DNA from: Craspedostauros australis
Lineage: Eukaryota
Direction of reading: 5' to 3'
Length of the DNA: 55,712 nt
NCBI GenBank assembly: GCA_030167865.1
Contig: JALAGF010006362.1
Span: 1-55,712 of the forward strand
In this document: piece by piece, positions 33,214 through 45,617 of the stretch
How positions within the stretch are numbered: position 1 is the stretch's first letter
How the letters are laid out: the number at the start of each line of letters is the position of its first letter
The notes under the pieces: generated by a model
Database searches by the model: none
What the model was told of the DNA's origin: nothing
Seen by the model: the letters and a program-made list of their open reading frames with translations, nothing else
Translations under genes and position numbers: made by a program

Positions 33214-35602
33214 GCGCCACTCCACCAATAGTTCCATAGAGTAGTACTATATCGTATTATTGTAGAATAGAATAGAATATTGTATTCCAATATTACATCA
33301 CAATTGCCAGCAATCGTGAGCGAAATAGGGTGGAACTGAAGGTCACGTGCTCTGGAGTACGACGCGACCAAGAGTACGACCTATGCCTGTGTGCCATTGT
33401 GCTCGTGGGTTCTATCCATCCGCAGAACCGCAACATGAACCCTTTCTCAGTTGTGTCTACATAATGTGGACAACTGGAGTGCATGTCCTCCAGAGACGAG
33501 TACATGTCGACGATAGTACAGTACTCGCACGCGCACTCGGGCTCGTATGGTACGTAGCTCGGATGTGTACCATACGTCCATGTTCACAACCAACAGACAC
33601 AGACGGCATTGCTTTGCAACGTGAAAAGAAGTCTCGAACCTCCAGTGCTGCTTGCGCTGTGTTTGCTATCGCTGTTCCCAGAGGTACTGGAGAGAGGGAG
33701 TACAGATGGTGAGTTTCGCTCATGCAATATTCGCAACCACCAACAGGTGCGCTCCCAGAGCTGATCATATCGGCGGCAATGCGCACAGCATCAATTGTAC
33801 GGATACGCCATGCGAGCTAGCGCACCGTACTCTGCAGAGACTGCGACGCCACAGTTCATGGAGCTACTCTCCAGCCTTGTTCTGCTCCCCCTTGGTGGAG
33901 GATGAAGGTGTGTTAATCACGCTCTTCGTCTAAGAAGTGATTCGGCAGACAAATCCTCGCGCCAGTCGGACTCTGATGGCGCAAGGTGACGCACTCTCTG
34001 GGGTGGATAGGAGAGAAGAGTACGCTGAGCTCGCGAGGGGGAGAAACAAGACAAGAAGCAAAGCTGTTCCACATGGACCGATGAATCGCCTGGCGGCTGA
34101 TGCTGGGATCGATGACAGTTTTTTTACCAGGATGTGGGCGAATGTAACCGCGAGGAGCTTGATTGTCTCCTCGGGAGCAGATAATCCTGAAAAGCGCGGA
34201 TTGTGGCACGATACCGTCTCCAGAGAGATTGCGTGGCATTGGTGGGCTTGCGGACAATCACAAGCAACTTCGAACATGATACGTGCGGTTGATAGGTGTT
34301 GCACTGGTGCTACACGAGACAGTGGCCGAACAAGCCAACCAACACGCAGCGGGACAAGGCAACGAAAGGCAACAAAACAATCGAGCACAGCCAAACTTAA
34401 TCTGGAGATGCAACGGCTAGATTTCGGTGAAATTCTGGGTTCACAAATTCACAGAAAGCGAATCAGCCCAAAGCCACGTGGCCTGGTCAATTTCCACTCC
34501 GTGATGGATGTGGGGGCTACGCGTATTTCCGAGGAGTTGAGCGCGGTGGTCACCGTTTCTGTCTTCGTGAATCGAGGTCTCCTTTCTCGGGAAATCTGTT
34601 GTTCCATCCAAGGAGATGGGCGCTTTCCTTCAGACAGATTTGTCGGAAACGCTTCTGACACATCACGATCAAGGGCGCTTCATGGGGTGTCTCGTGTACT
34701 TTTCGTCTGTTTCGTGGTTGCGTCTGTGTGTCTTTCTGCGTCGTGAGCGTTTTGGCTTTGGCTGTGGTGCGAGTAGATCGGGCGCTGCCAAGACGTCCGC
34801 GCACACACTCCCACGGTTTGTGAATGGACAGCAAGAAGGAGAAAAAGGTTGTGTTGTCCGAGCCGCCTTGTGCTATGCGTAACTGACTCACGTGTTGTCA
34901 ATCCCAACATCGCGTTTGTCAACGGACGTCGGCAGAGATGAGGTGACAGTAAGTGGAGACATCCTTTGATGCATCTTCTTGTCTCGCGACGGCGTCAGCT
35001 GTGCTGTTGGTGCAACATCTGGAGAGATCACCCGAAACTGGTAACGGCGAATGCAATTGCAATTGCATCCGCAAAGCAACCTAAGCTCAGAGGATAAGTA
35101 TGTCTCAACCGTGCGATTCAATTCTGTCCATCTTTCCACCACGAAGCAGCCTCCCCATTCATGATCCTCCGTCTCTCTCTGCGGTCGACAAGTTCCCTTG
35201 GTATAACGCGTACCCGCGAGCAGTTTTCGCCATCATCGTCATCATCATCGGCGTTTTCGCACGTGACACAAGCCACACAATCGCAAACTCTCCAGTCGTC
35301 AGCAGCCCGAACCGCATCCTCGGGCTTACTGATTAAATCAATGAATGTCAATTCGTTCTTCCTCTTGGAATTCCTTCCCAGACATTCATCCGTCCACAAA
35401 AAACAACTCCCCGCGAAAGAAGCCACACAGCACAACCCAACGCAACCTCACCTCACCACACCACACCTCACTACACTACACCACACCTAACCACAGCGCA
35501 CCACACTGGTACATACGCTGCCTTCACACGCCAATCGAATAACCTTTATTCTTCGTACGGCTGCTGTCCTCGTATCGTCGCAACACAGCAGCATTAGCAG
35601 TC

Positions 35603-37504
35603 ATGCAATCGAACACAAGCTTCAATCGCTCTCCCGGCGGCTCCGGCCACGGCCACAGCCTGGAAATGAATGGTGAGGAGCATCCAAGGCTGCAAGGCCA
35701 TAACTTTCTGCCATCACCAACAAGCCTTGCCGCTCACAACATTTATACCAACACCAATCGCAGGAGCAACAACTGCAACAGCAACAGCAGCAGTAACAAC
35801 ACTATTTTCAGCATCCCTGATGCCAATCACAACAGCACCTGGAACAACGCTAACCTCGACTGCCACATCACCATCAGCAGCGTCAACAACAACAGCAACA
35901 ACAACATCGGACCTGGTTCCGCGACTAGCGCAGGTCATTCCTTCTTCAATCGAATCCATACCATGGAAGATGAACGAATCAACCATCCTGAGGATTGGCA
36001 CGACCCTCTCGGGCAATTCCTGATGAGTACTCGATCGGCAGCGCCATCGCAGCAGCAGCAACAACAGCAGCAGCAACAGCAGCAGCAACAGCAGCAGCAA
36101 CAGCAGCAGCAACAACAACAGCAACAACAGGAGGAGCAGCAGCACACACTGCACGCTCTGCCATGCACTTCGTTTGGGTACGAGGAAGGCAACGACTCCA
36201 TGAGCATCAGCGTCAACGATCGCCATGCTGCCGTTCCTGGTGCTGTTGCTGCCGCGGTTAATCAACAAGATTGCATCGATCACAACGACCATGGCATTCA
36301 AAACGAACTCCCAGATGTCCCCATCATCGGCATCGCTTCCATCGATATCCCCAGCGGAGAAGAGCTCAGCAATCACTTCGCGAGCCTCATGAACACGTAC
36401 CCTCCAGGCGACAACAGGAGGCAAGGCCACGGCAGCTACACCATGTACCATGACAGCTTCGCGTCATCCATCGATTCGCAAGCTTCTCCGTTGCACACCT
36501 CCTTCAGCAAGAATCTGCCGAACCAACATCACGCCTCGGAAGAAATGGGGAAACTGGAGCCGTTGTCGCCACGCGCGTTCCAAAGCCGCAGGGACAGCCA
36601 GTTCAGTCAACAAAGCAACGCATCGAGCACCAGGGGAGGGAGCTACGATGCTAGCGATGCTGTTGCAGCCACGGATGCAAGCGCAGGAGGCTCCGTTCGT
36701 CCAGCCAACGCCGCCAGCATTAACACCAGCAATACAGATGCCGGTGCTGCCGGGAACGGCAACGGTGACTACATTGGGGACATGTCCGGGCAGGGCGACC
36801 AGTATGCACAGAACGGCATCTTGGGGCCGTGGAGTGCACGTTCTGCCGGCCTTCTGGGCGACATGGCATTGGATAGCCAGAAGAAGGAGCAGCAGGTGAT
36901 GCAAAAGGAAAGGCAGAGGCCCAAGCGCCCCCTGTCGGCGTACAACATCTTCTTCAAGGAGGAACGATGCAGAGTCCTCGACATTGCACCGGACGACGAC
37001 GATCTCAGCGGTTCCGAATCGTCCTCGTCTCGCAAACGCAAGAAAGTACCGCACGGCAAGATCGGGTTCGAAAGTCTGGCGAAGCTCATTGGGAAGCGTT
37101 GGAAGGCGGCAGACAAGGCCACCATGGAGCACTATCGCGCCAAAGCAGGTGTCGAGATGGTCAGGTACCGACGGGAGATGTCGGAGTACGAAGCCTGGAA
37201 GAAGCAGACGAGCATGGAAAAGGCGAAGGAGATGGCTCAGGACAAGTTCCATTTGTTCGACAAGAAATACGAGGACCGAGGCAACAGCTCAACATCCGCA
37301 CGAAAACATGCGAACGTTACCTCCAACGCAAATCAGATGCGTCAGCTGGACTCTTCAGCTCTCCCCATCGAAAATGCGTCGATCCCAACGACTGGGATGC
37401 TCGGTGAAGCGCTGGCTTTGTCACTCGCAGCAGGCCGCAATCACCCATCGAAGAAGCCGAAGCGACCAAAGCGATCGATGCGGGGGACCAAATCTCACGA
37501 ATGA
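35603..37504 (+). CDS. HMG-box transcription factor with a polyglutamine tract
   Basis: 'RPKRPLSAYNIFFKEER...PHGKIGFESLAKLIGKRWK...YRAKAGVEMVRYRREMSEY', a diatom-style HMG box with an insertion. Confidence 0.9.
   Translation: MQSNTSFNRSPGGSGHGHSLEMNGEEHPRLQGHNFLPSPTSLAAHNIYTNTNRRSNNCNSNSSSNNTIFSIPDANHNSTWNNANLDCHITISSVNNNSNNNIGPGSATSAGHSFFNRIHTMEDERINHPEDWHDPLGQFLMSTRSAAPSQQQQQQQQQQQQQQQQQQQQQQQQQQQEEQQHTLHALPCTSFGYEEGNDSMSISVNDRHAAVPGAVAAAVNQQDCIDHNDHGIQNELPDVPIIGIASIDIPSGEELSNHFASLMNTYPPGDNRRQGHGSYTMYHDSFASSIDSQASPLHTSFSKNLPNQHHASEEMGKLEPLSPRAFQSRRDSQFSQQSNASSTRGGSYDASDAVAATDASAGGSVRPANAASINTSNTDAGAAGNGNGDYIGDMSGQGDQYAQNGILGPWSARSAGLLGDMALDSQKKEQQVMQKERQRPKRPLSAYNIFFKEERCRVLDIAPDDDDLSGSESSSSRKRKKVPHGKIGFESLAKLIGKRWKAADKATMEHYRAKAGVEMVRYRREMSEYEAWKKQTSMEKAKEMAQDKFHLFDKKYEDRGNSSTSARKHANVTSNANQMRQLDSSALPIENASIPTTGMLGEALALSLAAGRNHPSKKPKRPKRSMRGTKSHE
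36050..36130 (+). repeat. CAG/CAA repeat encoding 27 Gln
   Basis: 81 nt of CAG/CAA codons in frame with the HMG ORF. Confidence 0.93.
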
Positions 37505-40454
37505 CCGAAGGGTGCTGCACAGCTGCAGTCATGGTCTCAGGCATTTCACCAGAACCAGTGATCAATGTTGTTGAGCACGAACGGCTGAACGAGCCGCCTA
37601 TCAAAAATACCGGTAATCCATTAGTACTATCACGATCCATACCATCAGGAGTAGCCCACGTAGAGTTGACTCAAGCAGAGGAATTGTCTGTTCTCTTTCT
37701 CGTTCTCTCTCCAAAAGAGAGAGAGAGAGATGGCATTCAACGTTGCCACTGAATCAGCCAATCAATCGCCCAACGAACTGGTCGACGAGGCTAGCAAGGA
37801 TGCCCACTCGTCTGATCAACCAAGCTGTCATCAATCAACAACAACTCATTGGCTTGCGTGGGGCCACGTGTTTGGTGAGGTTCGAGCGTGCTCTCTAGAG
37901 AGCGACGCAATAGCAACACCATACGAGCAATCGACGGCAGTTTCAATGCCACATACAGGATGAATCCATCTTTCCGCCCCCGTTGCAAGTTCAGAAAGCT
38001 CCGAGGCATCGGTTTCACAATCGGTATTGAGTCAGCTTCACTCTTCTCATGCTGTCCGCATCCCATACGCGTACTCGTGCACACCCCTGCATACTATTAT
38101 ATTACGGATAGAATGAAGCGCAGGTTCGAAGGATATCGTAGAAGTTTGCCTTCTTCCTCGTTCCTTCTCTCGGCTTGATGTTGCCGTCCGTTTGCACATT
38201 CATTGTCTGGTTGGCTAGTTTTGATGTTGTGCCGGTTTTCGGGAAAAATGTGACCAGAAACAAACCACGATCAAGAATTGTCCAGCCCTCGCGGCGAAAC
38301 TTTGGTCGTCATTTGTCTGTTTGTGGAGGGGCTATTGATGGGCCAATGATGATGTGGTTCGCCGTGGGAAACGAAGAAAGCGATCGTGACTGGTTGCGGC
38401 AGTTGGCGACGCTGTAATCGTGAACACCGGTCGCGCATGGCTTGTATGGTACAACCGATGTGATTCGACTTCCGAGATAGGTACATCGCATCTGAACACT
38501 ATCGTGGTGAAACAGCGAATGTGAGACATATTCGCTGCGCCAACCGATTTGTCCTCGTTTCTGCGTGAAGCGTGGACTGGTTGGTTCGCGTGTCGATTGT
38601 GGTGGTGGCAACACGGACTTGTGAAGCGTGCACTCTCCGATAGGTACGACAATGCATGATTGTATTCCACCTCTGTTTCCAGCTCGTCTGGGTGGAGAGA
38701 GCGCGGGACACGCACCCTCCGCTGAGATTGCGGCAGAGTCCGAGTAACGCCGTGTTCGGGCCCATCGTGTATTCGCACCCACTCGTATTCGTGCTCCTAC
38801 GAGTGGGCATGCCTGAGTCCAGGGACGGGGAACAGTGGACAGAGGTGGCCGACGATTTCGCAAAGGCGAAGCAACGCAAAGTGTCGAAGGGTCGATTCGC
38901 ACGGTGCGAGCTATGGTGTGAACGGGGACGCCAGATCAGAGGAGGAGGTGGAGGAGCACTCCACGCTGTGCCGCGGATATCGTGCTCCTTTGATTACGAG
39001 TAGTCATCACGAGGTCTTCTTTGTGGTATTTGTACGTACATATGGCTTGATTGGGATCACAGGGCATCGAGTGGTGGTGCGATCGGATGCCAAGTCCTAT
39101 CGGCACCGAGCTATCTGTCCAATGAGCAATAATACTACATGACGCGAACATGTATGGCGTGATGCTCTGTGTATGATCTGCCGCACTCAACTCTGTTGGC
39201 ATTGCATTGGTGCGGTACTCTGGCTGCCAAGACAAGGGCATGTACGAGTCGAGATGCAGGAGAGTGTACATAGAATAGAATAGGAACAATAGATGCCCCG
39301 TACAACATTTCGGGAGACGTTACGGCAGAAAGAAAACGCAACAAGCATCCATCGAGAAAGCCATGCTTTGAACCCGAGATTCTCTTCAGGTTGTCTGTTT
39401 GCTTCCTTGCTTGCTTGTTTGGTTGCTTGGTTCGTCCGTCTGTGTCTCACACTCGAACTATCAAAATCGTCTTGTCGGATTGAGATGGTCTTCGCCAGAA
39501 GCACCCTCGCGAAGACCCAAACAAGGATCAACCTCCGAGAGTAATGAAACAGTCATTCCCGCATCTTCACAAATTCCTCGTTCTCTGTTCATGGAGCGAG
39601 TTGTGCTGCGCTGTAACATGTGGTGGCTTGTACTTTACGGACACGGCACCCGCCTCGGCATCGATTGGGCGTCCTCGGCGCAACATCGCCATTGCCAAAA
39701 AGGCCCGACGGTTCCATGGACGCGGCGAAACCACGAATGCGTTCTCCACATTCTGCCGATGACAAATTGCGCGCAATCCACGACCACATTTTGTCCGAAG
39801 TTGGATTTCACCATTGTTTGTATTCTTAATAGCCTTTAGAGTTAAAGATAGATACTATGGATTATGCCGATTAAAATAAACGCTAATGAAGTATCTCGAC
39901 TTCGCCGACGAGTGCGTCAGTTTGTTCCATGTGGACCTTGTGGCGAGGTTGCTGTTCGCATCGCAAGATCTCGGAGAGGTTATCGGTACAGGAGGGAAGA
40001 TGGTGGTACGTATGTCCGCCGGCCTCCTTTGTATCTGTAGCATCCGTTGGCGCGCAAATAGGGTGCTACGCCAATACCATAGTCGTACTTGTTGTTGTTG
40101 TTGTTGTCGTCGTGGAAGGTTTGGACGCAATCGGCATCTGGAACGGCCATCAAATCCAGCTCGTGCACTTTGAATCTTGTGCTCTGCGATACTATCCGCT
40201 CTGCTCGACCGATACTCTACTCTGCTCCAAACCGACACACACGAACACCATTCGCATCGAAGAACGGAAGAGAAAACTTCCACCGAAGCACATCCCAAAC
40301 CCACAGCAGAACAATTCTTGTTCCCCGCCTCAATTGCCACTTCAGGAGTCATCGTCATCGTCATCGCCGTCGCTGGTTGTTGACATCACCTCGGTTTCTC
40401 ACCTCGATCCTCTCCAGCAACCTTAGCAGTAACAGAAGCAACAGCAACAACAAC

Positions 40455-41507
40455 ATGTTCGCATACAGCCGCACCCTCCTGACGCTGTTCGTGTCCACCG
40501 CAATCCAATCCAGCTCCGCGTGGGTGATCTCCCCATCATCTGTCTCCACGGGTTCCGCCAATACTGCCTCAACCACCACCAGCAGATCCTTCAGCAGGTC
40601 CTTCAGCAGCAGCAGCGCGCTCAGCATGGCAGCCCCAGGCGATGAAGGCTTCGATGAGACCCGCGGAGGCCTCTACTCCATGGCCGACCAGGTGGCTCGC
40701 TTCGCCAAGGCCCAGGAGGACAACAACGAGCGCTTCCTGGACATCAACACCGTCTACAATGGCGGAGAGCTGTCTGGCCGTCGCGTCCTCGTCACCGGCG
40801 GCAACCGCGGCCTAGGCCTCGAGATCGTGAAGGAGCTCGTCGCTCTGGGCGCCACTGCCCTCGTCCTCTGCCGCAGCACCAACTCCGACCTCGAGGCCCT
40901 CGTGGGCAAGTGGAACGTCTACTCCGGCGTCGATGTCACTGACGAGGACGCCGTCAACAAGGCCATCAAGAACGTCAAGAGCGACGGCGGCGCCCTCGAC
41001 ATGGTCATCAACAACGCCGGCTACTTCTACGAACCATGCGAGAAGATCGCCGACAACTCGCTCAACTTCGAGGAGCAGCTCAAGCAGATCAACATCTGCG
41101 CGTTGGGTCCTCTGCGCGTCAACAACGCCTGCGTCAACACCGGCGCCCTGGCCGACGACGCCAAGCTCGTCATCATCACGAGCCAGGCCGGCTCCGTCGA
41201 GTGGCGCTCCACCCAGAACAAGGATGAGGGCGGCGACTACGGACACCACATGTCACGCGCCGCCTGCAACATCGCCGGCGCTCTTCAGGCCGAGGAACTG
41301 CGCTCCAAGGGATACACAGTCATCCTGCTGCATCCAGGATTCAACCGCACGGAGATGACCGCCAAGTACAAGGAGATCTGGGACAAGGAGGGTGCCGTCG
41401 AGCCTACCATCGGTGCCAAGCGCGTTCTGCACGAGGCCATCAACAGCAGTCTCGAGACAACGGGGCAGTTCATCAACTGTGAGGATGGACTGCGCATTCC
41501 ATGGTAG
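40455..41507 (+). CDS. Plastid-targeted short-chain dehydrogenase/reductase (C-factor/CsgA-like) with an atypical active site
   Basis: '[12 protein letters not shown]', 'DMVINNAG', 'IITSQAGS', '[12 protein letters not shown]', '[15 protein letters not shown]'. Presequence '[23 protein letters not shown]' plus an S/T-rich transit peptide. ATG at 40455. Confidence 0.88.
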   Translation: MFAYSRTLLTLFVSTAIQSSSAWVISPSSVSTGSANTASTTTSRSFSRSFSSSSALSMAAPGDEGFDETRGGLYSMADQVARFAKAQEDNNERFLDINTVYNGGELSGRRVLVTGGNRGLGLEIVKELVALGATALVLCRSTNSDLEALVGKWNVYSGVDVTDEDAVNKAIKNVKSDGGALDMVINNAGYFYEPCEKIADNSLNFEEQLKQINICALGPLRVNNACVNTGALADDAKLVIITSQAGSVEWRSTQNKDEGGDYGHHMSRAACNIAGALQAEELRSKGYTVILLHPGFNRTEMTAKYKEIWDKEGAVEPTIGAKRVLHEAINSSLETTGQFINCEDGLRIPW

Positions 41508-41562
41508 ACCAATTCATCAAATAAAATCATCCATTGATTAATCAATAGTTATGCTACTTGCT

Positions 41563-41610
41563 ATTACACCATTGAGATATTACACCATTGAGATATTACA
41601 CCATTGAGAT
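41563..41610. repeat. 16-bp tandem repeat (ATTACACCATTGAGAT)3 in the SDR 3' region
   Basis: Three exact copies read directly. Confidence 0.92.
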
Positions 41611-41851
41611 TATGCAAGATTATCTCATCGTTCATGAAGAATTGTATTGTGCTGCATTATGATTCAATTACCAGCATGATGGTAAGAATGCATAGATCGT
41701 GCTCTATGATTGTTCAAAGCGCAACACACATTGTCAAGTTCGTACAAGATGTTTACTCTCTATTACGGCCTACATCTATGATAGTCGTAATAGTTGAAAG
41801 TCTTCATCCCAATCCATTCCGAATTCGACTATCACGCACTCTGTCCCATTC

Positions 41852-43840
41852 TTAACCAAATAATTCCTTCGTCATCACCCGATCCGCATTCTCCTTGACG
41901 GTGTTGAGCTGCCCCAGCAGATCGTTGACCTTGACGAATCTATGCCGCTGGCTGGTCAACTGCCGCTGCTTGTTGTTGGCCGAATGATAGATGAGCTGCT
42001 GGGAGAATCGCTCTGCATCGAGGCTCATGATGCGCTGCAGGTTGCAGGCATGGCGCTTGGTGGCCAGATGCATGCCACCGCTCCACCATTCCACGTTGCG
42101 GGCATCCAGTCCATCGAAGCGGTAGTGCGGGGCCTCGTACGGTGGCAGGAACCCGCCGGGGCAGATCTTGCTGTGCCATTCCCAGATCTGATGCCGCGTG
42201 CCCATCCAACCGCCCTGGTTGTTGATGTGGGAGAAGCTCATGGGCGTGGGTCGGCGGTGGGAGAATTGGCTCTTGCGATTCGCACCGTTGCCTTGCTGCG
42301 GTTGCTGTTTGAAGTATCCGTCGTTGCCTGCCCAGTAGTCGCCGTACGCCAGCTGTGGATCGGCGACGCTGGGGCCGCGCTGCAGCACGACCCAATCCAA
42401 CGGCTTGTACTTCTGCTGCTGTTGTTGTTGTCCTGCGTCAGGCATGCGGCGCACGCCCAAGGCGTTGATGTTGGTCTCCCACACGAAGAGCTGGTCCGAA
42501 TCGGGATTGGCCGGCTTTCGCTCGCTGGCGGCCGCCGCCTGTTCCTGCGTCATGAACTTGGCGTATGATGACATGACGCAGCATGCGGCCGGACTGATCC
42601 TGGGCCGGTCCGTGACGGGAACTGGGTCCAGATGCTTCTGCGTACCGTAGTCGCGCTCGTTGAGCAGAACCTCCACGCGCATGAGACCCGGGATGGTGCG
42701 CTGCAGCTGGCCCTTGTTCATGGGGCCGTGAAAGGAAGCGGCCGCCTTCTTGGGATGTTCCAGAACCTCCGGTGCCTCCTCGCGCAGTCGGTACAGCTCC
42801 TGGGTCATGTGCAGGTAGTGCTGCACGTGATGGCCCTTGATGATCATGTCATCCTCGAAGTTGACGAACATGTCGTAGTCGAAGAGGTGATCCCGCACCA
42901 CGAACCTGTGCTGACGCGACAAAGCCTTGATGTTGACGAAGGCCTTGAGCTGATCCTTCTCGTCGAAACCGTACGACACTGGCGAGGCATCATCCCACAC
43001 TCGGATGCCGACCTCGGCAGGCAGCGAGTCGCGCAGCATCTGGTAGCGCTCGGGTTTCATTTTGTAATGGCTGACGAGGTAGAGATCCACGTGGAATCCA
43101 AAATCCAGCATCCCTTGCACGCTCTCCTGCAGGACGGGAATGACGGTATGCTGCAACCGATCGAAACCTTTTCTGGTGGCCCTGCCTCCGGTGTCGTATT
43201 CTGCCAGAGTGGTGACTGTATACAATACGCGCACCTGCTTCTGTTGTTGTTCCTGCTCCTGCTGCTGCTGCTGCTGCTGCTGTAGTTGTGGTGGCGTCTC
43301 ATGGTCCCGGTTCGGCATCTCGATACCAATATCAGCACCAATGGATGATGCATTATCAACGGGAACCTCCATGGACAGCGACAACCTCCGTCTACTTCTG
43401 CTCCGTGATTGCGGGTCCTTGTGCGGATAACGCCACTCATAAGTATCCTCCAGAGCACCATCACGAGGATGAGCACGAGGATGAGTACTAGAACGAGGAT
43501 TGCGCCCATCTCTGGCATCATCGGCGTCCAATTTGTTCTGGATCTCTGTTGGCAGTAGCGCTGGTGGCGCCAACGACGACGATGACAATGACGATAATGA
43601 CGACAATGACGATAATGACGGCATTGTACTGGACAAGCACCAGCCAGCGCGCCAATCATCGGACCCACTGACGGACAGCATCAGCATCAACAGGATCGCG
43701 CATGCCGTCAACGCAGCTGAAAGGATGCTGACTGACGACCATGGCGAAGCTCGCCCTGTTTTGAGATTGACTTCGCTTGGCTCACGATCGTGGGCAATCC
43801 CGTCTTTGCCGCACTCCATCATGTCTGTGTTTCCCCGCAT
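41852..43840 (-). CDS. Type II membrane protein, putative glycosyltransferase (GT-A-like)
   Basis: N-terminal TM 'SVSILSAALTACAILLMLMLSV', low-complexity stem with 'RRRL', then a globular domain with 'HRFVVRDHLFDYDMFVNFEDDM' (acidic motif after a beta strand), 'NNQGGWMGT' and 'LIYHSANNK'. First ATG at 43840. Confidence 0.65.
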   Translation of the reverse strand: MRGNTDMMECGKDGIAHDREPSEVNLKTGRASPWSSVSILSAALTACAILLMLMLSVSGSDDWRAGWCLSSTMPSLSSLSSLSSLSSSSLAPPALLPTEIQNKLDADDARDGRNPRSSTHPRAHPRDGALEDTYEWRYPHKDPQSRSRSRRRLSLSMEVPVDNASSIGADIGIEMPNRDHETPPQLQQQQQQQQEQEQQQKQVRVLYTVTTLAEYDTGGRATRKGFDRLQHTVIPVLQESVQGMLDFGFHVDLYLVSHYKMKPERYQMLRDSLPAEVGIRVWDDASPVSYGFDEKDQLKAFVNIKALSRQHRFVVRDHLFDYDMFVNFEDDMIIKGHHVQHYLHMTQELYRLREEAPEVLEHPKKAAASFHGPMNKGQLQRTIPGLMRVEVLLNERDYGTQKHLDPVPVTDRPRISPAACCVMSSYAKFMTQEQAAAASERKPANPDSDQLFVWETNINALGVRRMPDAGQQQQQQKYKPLDWVVLQRGPSVADPQLAYGDYWAGNDGYFKQQPQQGNGANRKSQFSHRRPTPMSFSHINNQGGWMGTRHQIWEWHSKICPGGFLPPYEAPHYRFDGLDARNVEWWSGGMHLATKRHACNLQRIMSLDAERFSQQLIYHSANNKQRQLTSQRHRFVKVNDLLGQLNTVKENADRVMTKELFG

Positions 43841-44357
43841 TGGGCAGCATCCAGAGCAGAGTAATGGCGATTGTCGACACAAGCCTTGTCTCTAGGTCGT
43901 GTGGTCGTTATACCAAGACTTACTCGTCTGGCAGAGTGCTCTTGGGAGATACAATGGCATGTGCGATCTACTGAGCATGATGAGAGTGGACGCAGACCAT
44001 GGGACACCACATCGTCGATAGTCACAGGACAGCAGCATTGTTGTCTGTTTGTGTTTGTCCAGCAATCAGAATAGGTACTAAGGTAAACGTATACCTAAAC
44101 GTCTCGATATATAGATATACCACATATTGAGTATCATTGTTGATGTCACCAAGAACAATCGTATCTTTTGGCGGAGAACACTTCGTTTTGCTTCGATTTC
44201 CGCGCCAGTGACGAGGACAACAACAGTGTGGATGATGACGGCAGCAACCTCCAACATGACACCCCACATGACAACGACAACGATGAAGTTGATGGTGATG
44301 GTGACAGCGATGATGATGGAACCCATAATCCTCGTGATGGTCTTGAGAACGTCGACG

Positions 44358-45617
44358 ATGACTTGCTTTCAAATGGGCAGATGCTGCCTCGCACTTCTGT
44401 GTGCGTGCGTATTCATGATACATCAGCAAGCGCATGCGTGGAGTCATCACTCCGTTCGACGCCAGCATCAATACCAGCAACATCAGCAGCTGATACACAA
44501 TGGAATATCCGCAGGCGTACCCAGGCTGCATGCCCATGAAGAAGGTGTTGGCCAAGCTCAACCACTTCAAGGACGCTCAACGTCAACACCTTCGTCACCA
44601 TTGAATGCAGCGAAGCCAACAGCAAAGCCAACAGCACCACCCAGCAGACGACATGTCCTCAGCACCGCAGTGTCATTGACCGCAGCACTGGCATCTGGCG
44701 CATTGCCGTTCGGTAGTGGCAGCACTGCCGCTGCCGTCGATTTGGAGTACTTCACGCAATCGGGACGCAAGACCTTCGATCCCAGAGCCACCATCACCGT
44801 TCAGATCGAATCCCCGACGGACAAGCTCGGCCTGCAGCTGGCCGACGCGACGTTGCGGCAGCAACCGATCGTGTACATCGTGGGGACCGCCCCATTCCGA
44901 TCCTCCGCGCAACTCCAGCCCGGCCTCATCCTGCTGGGATACGATTCTGCGGTGCAGGTGGTGCAGCGGATCCAGTCGGGTCCTTGGCCCGTGACGTTCA
45001 CCTTCTTCAATCTGGCCGCTGGCGGCGACGCCTTCAATGACATGGGACAGACCATGGTGACGCCGATGGATGCGCTGAAGCTGGCCAAGCAGACGGAAGG
45101 CAGCGCTGCAGCTGACAGCACCCTCACGCGCATCCCGGCGTCCTCCAACGGCAGCAGCAGCGTCACCACCAAGCCAGCCACTGCAACCACCGGCACAGAA
45201 TTCTCCATAGAGACCATCGAGCGACCGAACCCCAACAAATGCCTGATCCAAACGCGCAAGGGCGACCTGCTGGAGATCGAGTACGAAGCCGCTGTTCTGA
45301 CCGGCACTACGGCATCCCAAGTGTACGACTCCTCCCTGAAGCGCGGCACAGGACAACCATACCAAATGGTGCTGGGCAGCGGCGACATGATCCCCGGTGT
45401 CGATCTGGCTCTGTACGAGATGTGCCCCGGCGAGACGCGCGTCGTCACCATACCGCCACAGTTGGGATACGGCCCACGCGCCAGCAAGCTGTTTCGCATC
45501 CCCTCCAATTCCAGCTTGCGGTGGACCATCAAGCTGATCTCAATCGAGGGGATCGTCCGCGAAGATAGCAACGATGAATTCAGTCGCGACGATCGCGAGC
45601 AGCGGGCGTTGTATTGA
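44358..45617 (+). CDS. FKBP-type peptidyl-prolyl isomerase, probably thylakoid lumen, with a PDZ-like middle domain
   Basis: FKBP motifs 'TRKGDLLEIEY', 'VYDSS', 'LGSGDMIPGVDLALYEMCPGETRVVTIPPQLGYG', 'IPSNSSL'. Signal peptide ending AHA-W, then twin-Arg 'SRRHVL...AAA'. Start at 44358 or 44373. Confidence 0.85.
   Translation: MTCFQMGRCCLALLCACVFMIHQQAHAWSHHSVRRQHQYQQHQQLIHNGISAGVPRLHAHEEGVGQAQPLQGRSTSTPSSPLNAAKPTAKPTAPPSRRHVLSTAVSLTAALASGALPFGSGSTAAAVDLEYFTQSGRKTFDPRATITVQIESPTDKLGLQLADATLRQQPIVYIVGTAPFRSSAQLQPGLILLGYDSAVQVVQRIQSGPWPVTFTFFNLAAGGDAFNDMGQTMVTPMDALKLAKQTEGSAAADSTLTRIPASSNGSSSVTTKPATATTGTEFSIETIERPNPNKCLIQTRKGDLLEIEYEAAVLTGTTASQVYDSSLKRGTGQPYQMVLGSGDMIPGVDLALYEMCPGETRVVTIPPQLGYGPRASKLFRIPSNSSLRWTIKLISIEGIVREDSNDEFSRDDREQRALY

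Noticed and set aside
33937..34746. 269-aa ORF upstream of the HMG gene
   Set aside because: Non-ATG start, no recognisable motif, and composition unlike the real genes.
35603..37504. HMG-box gene as a mating-type determinant
   Set aside because: HMG boxes of this type are common in diatoms and nothing in the window indicates sex linkage.
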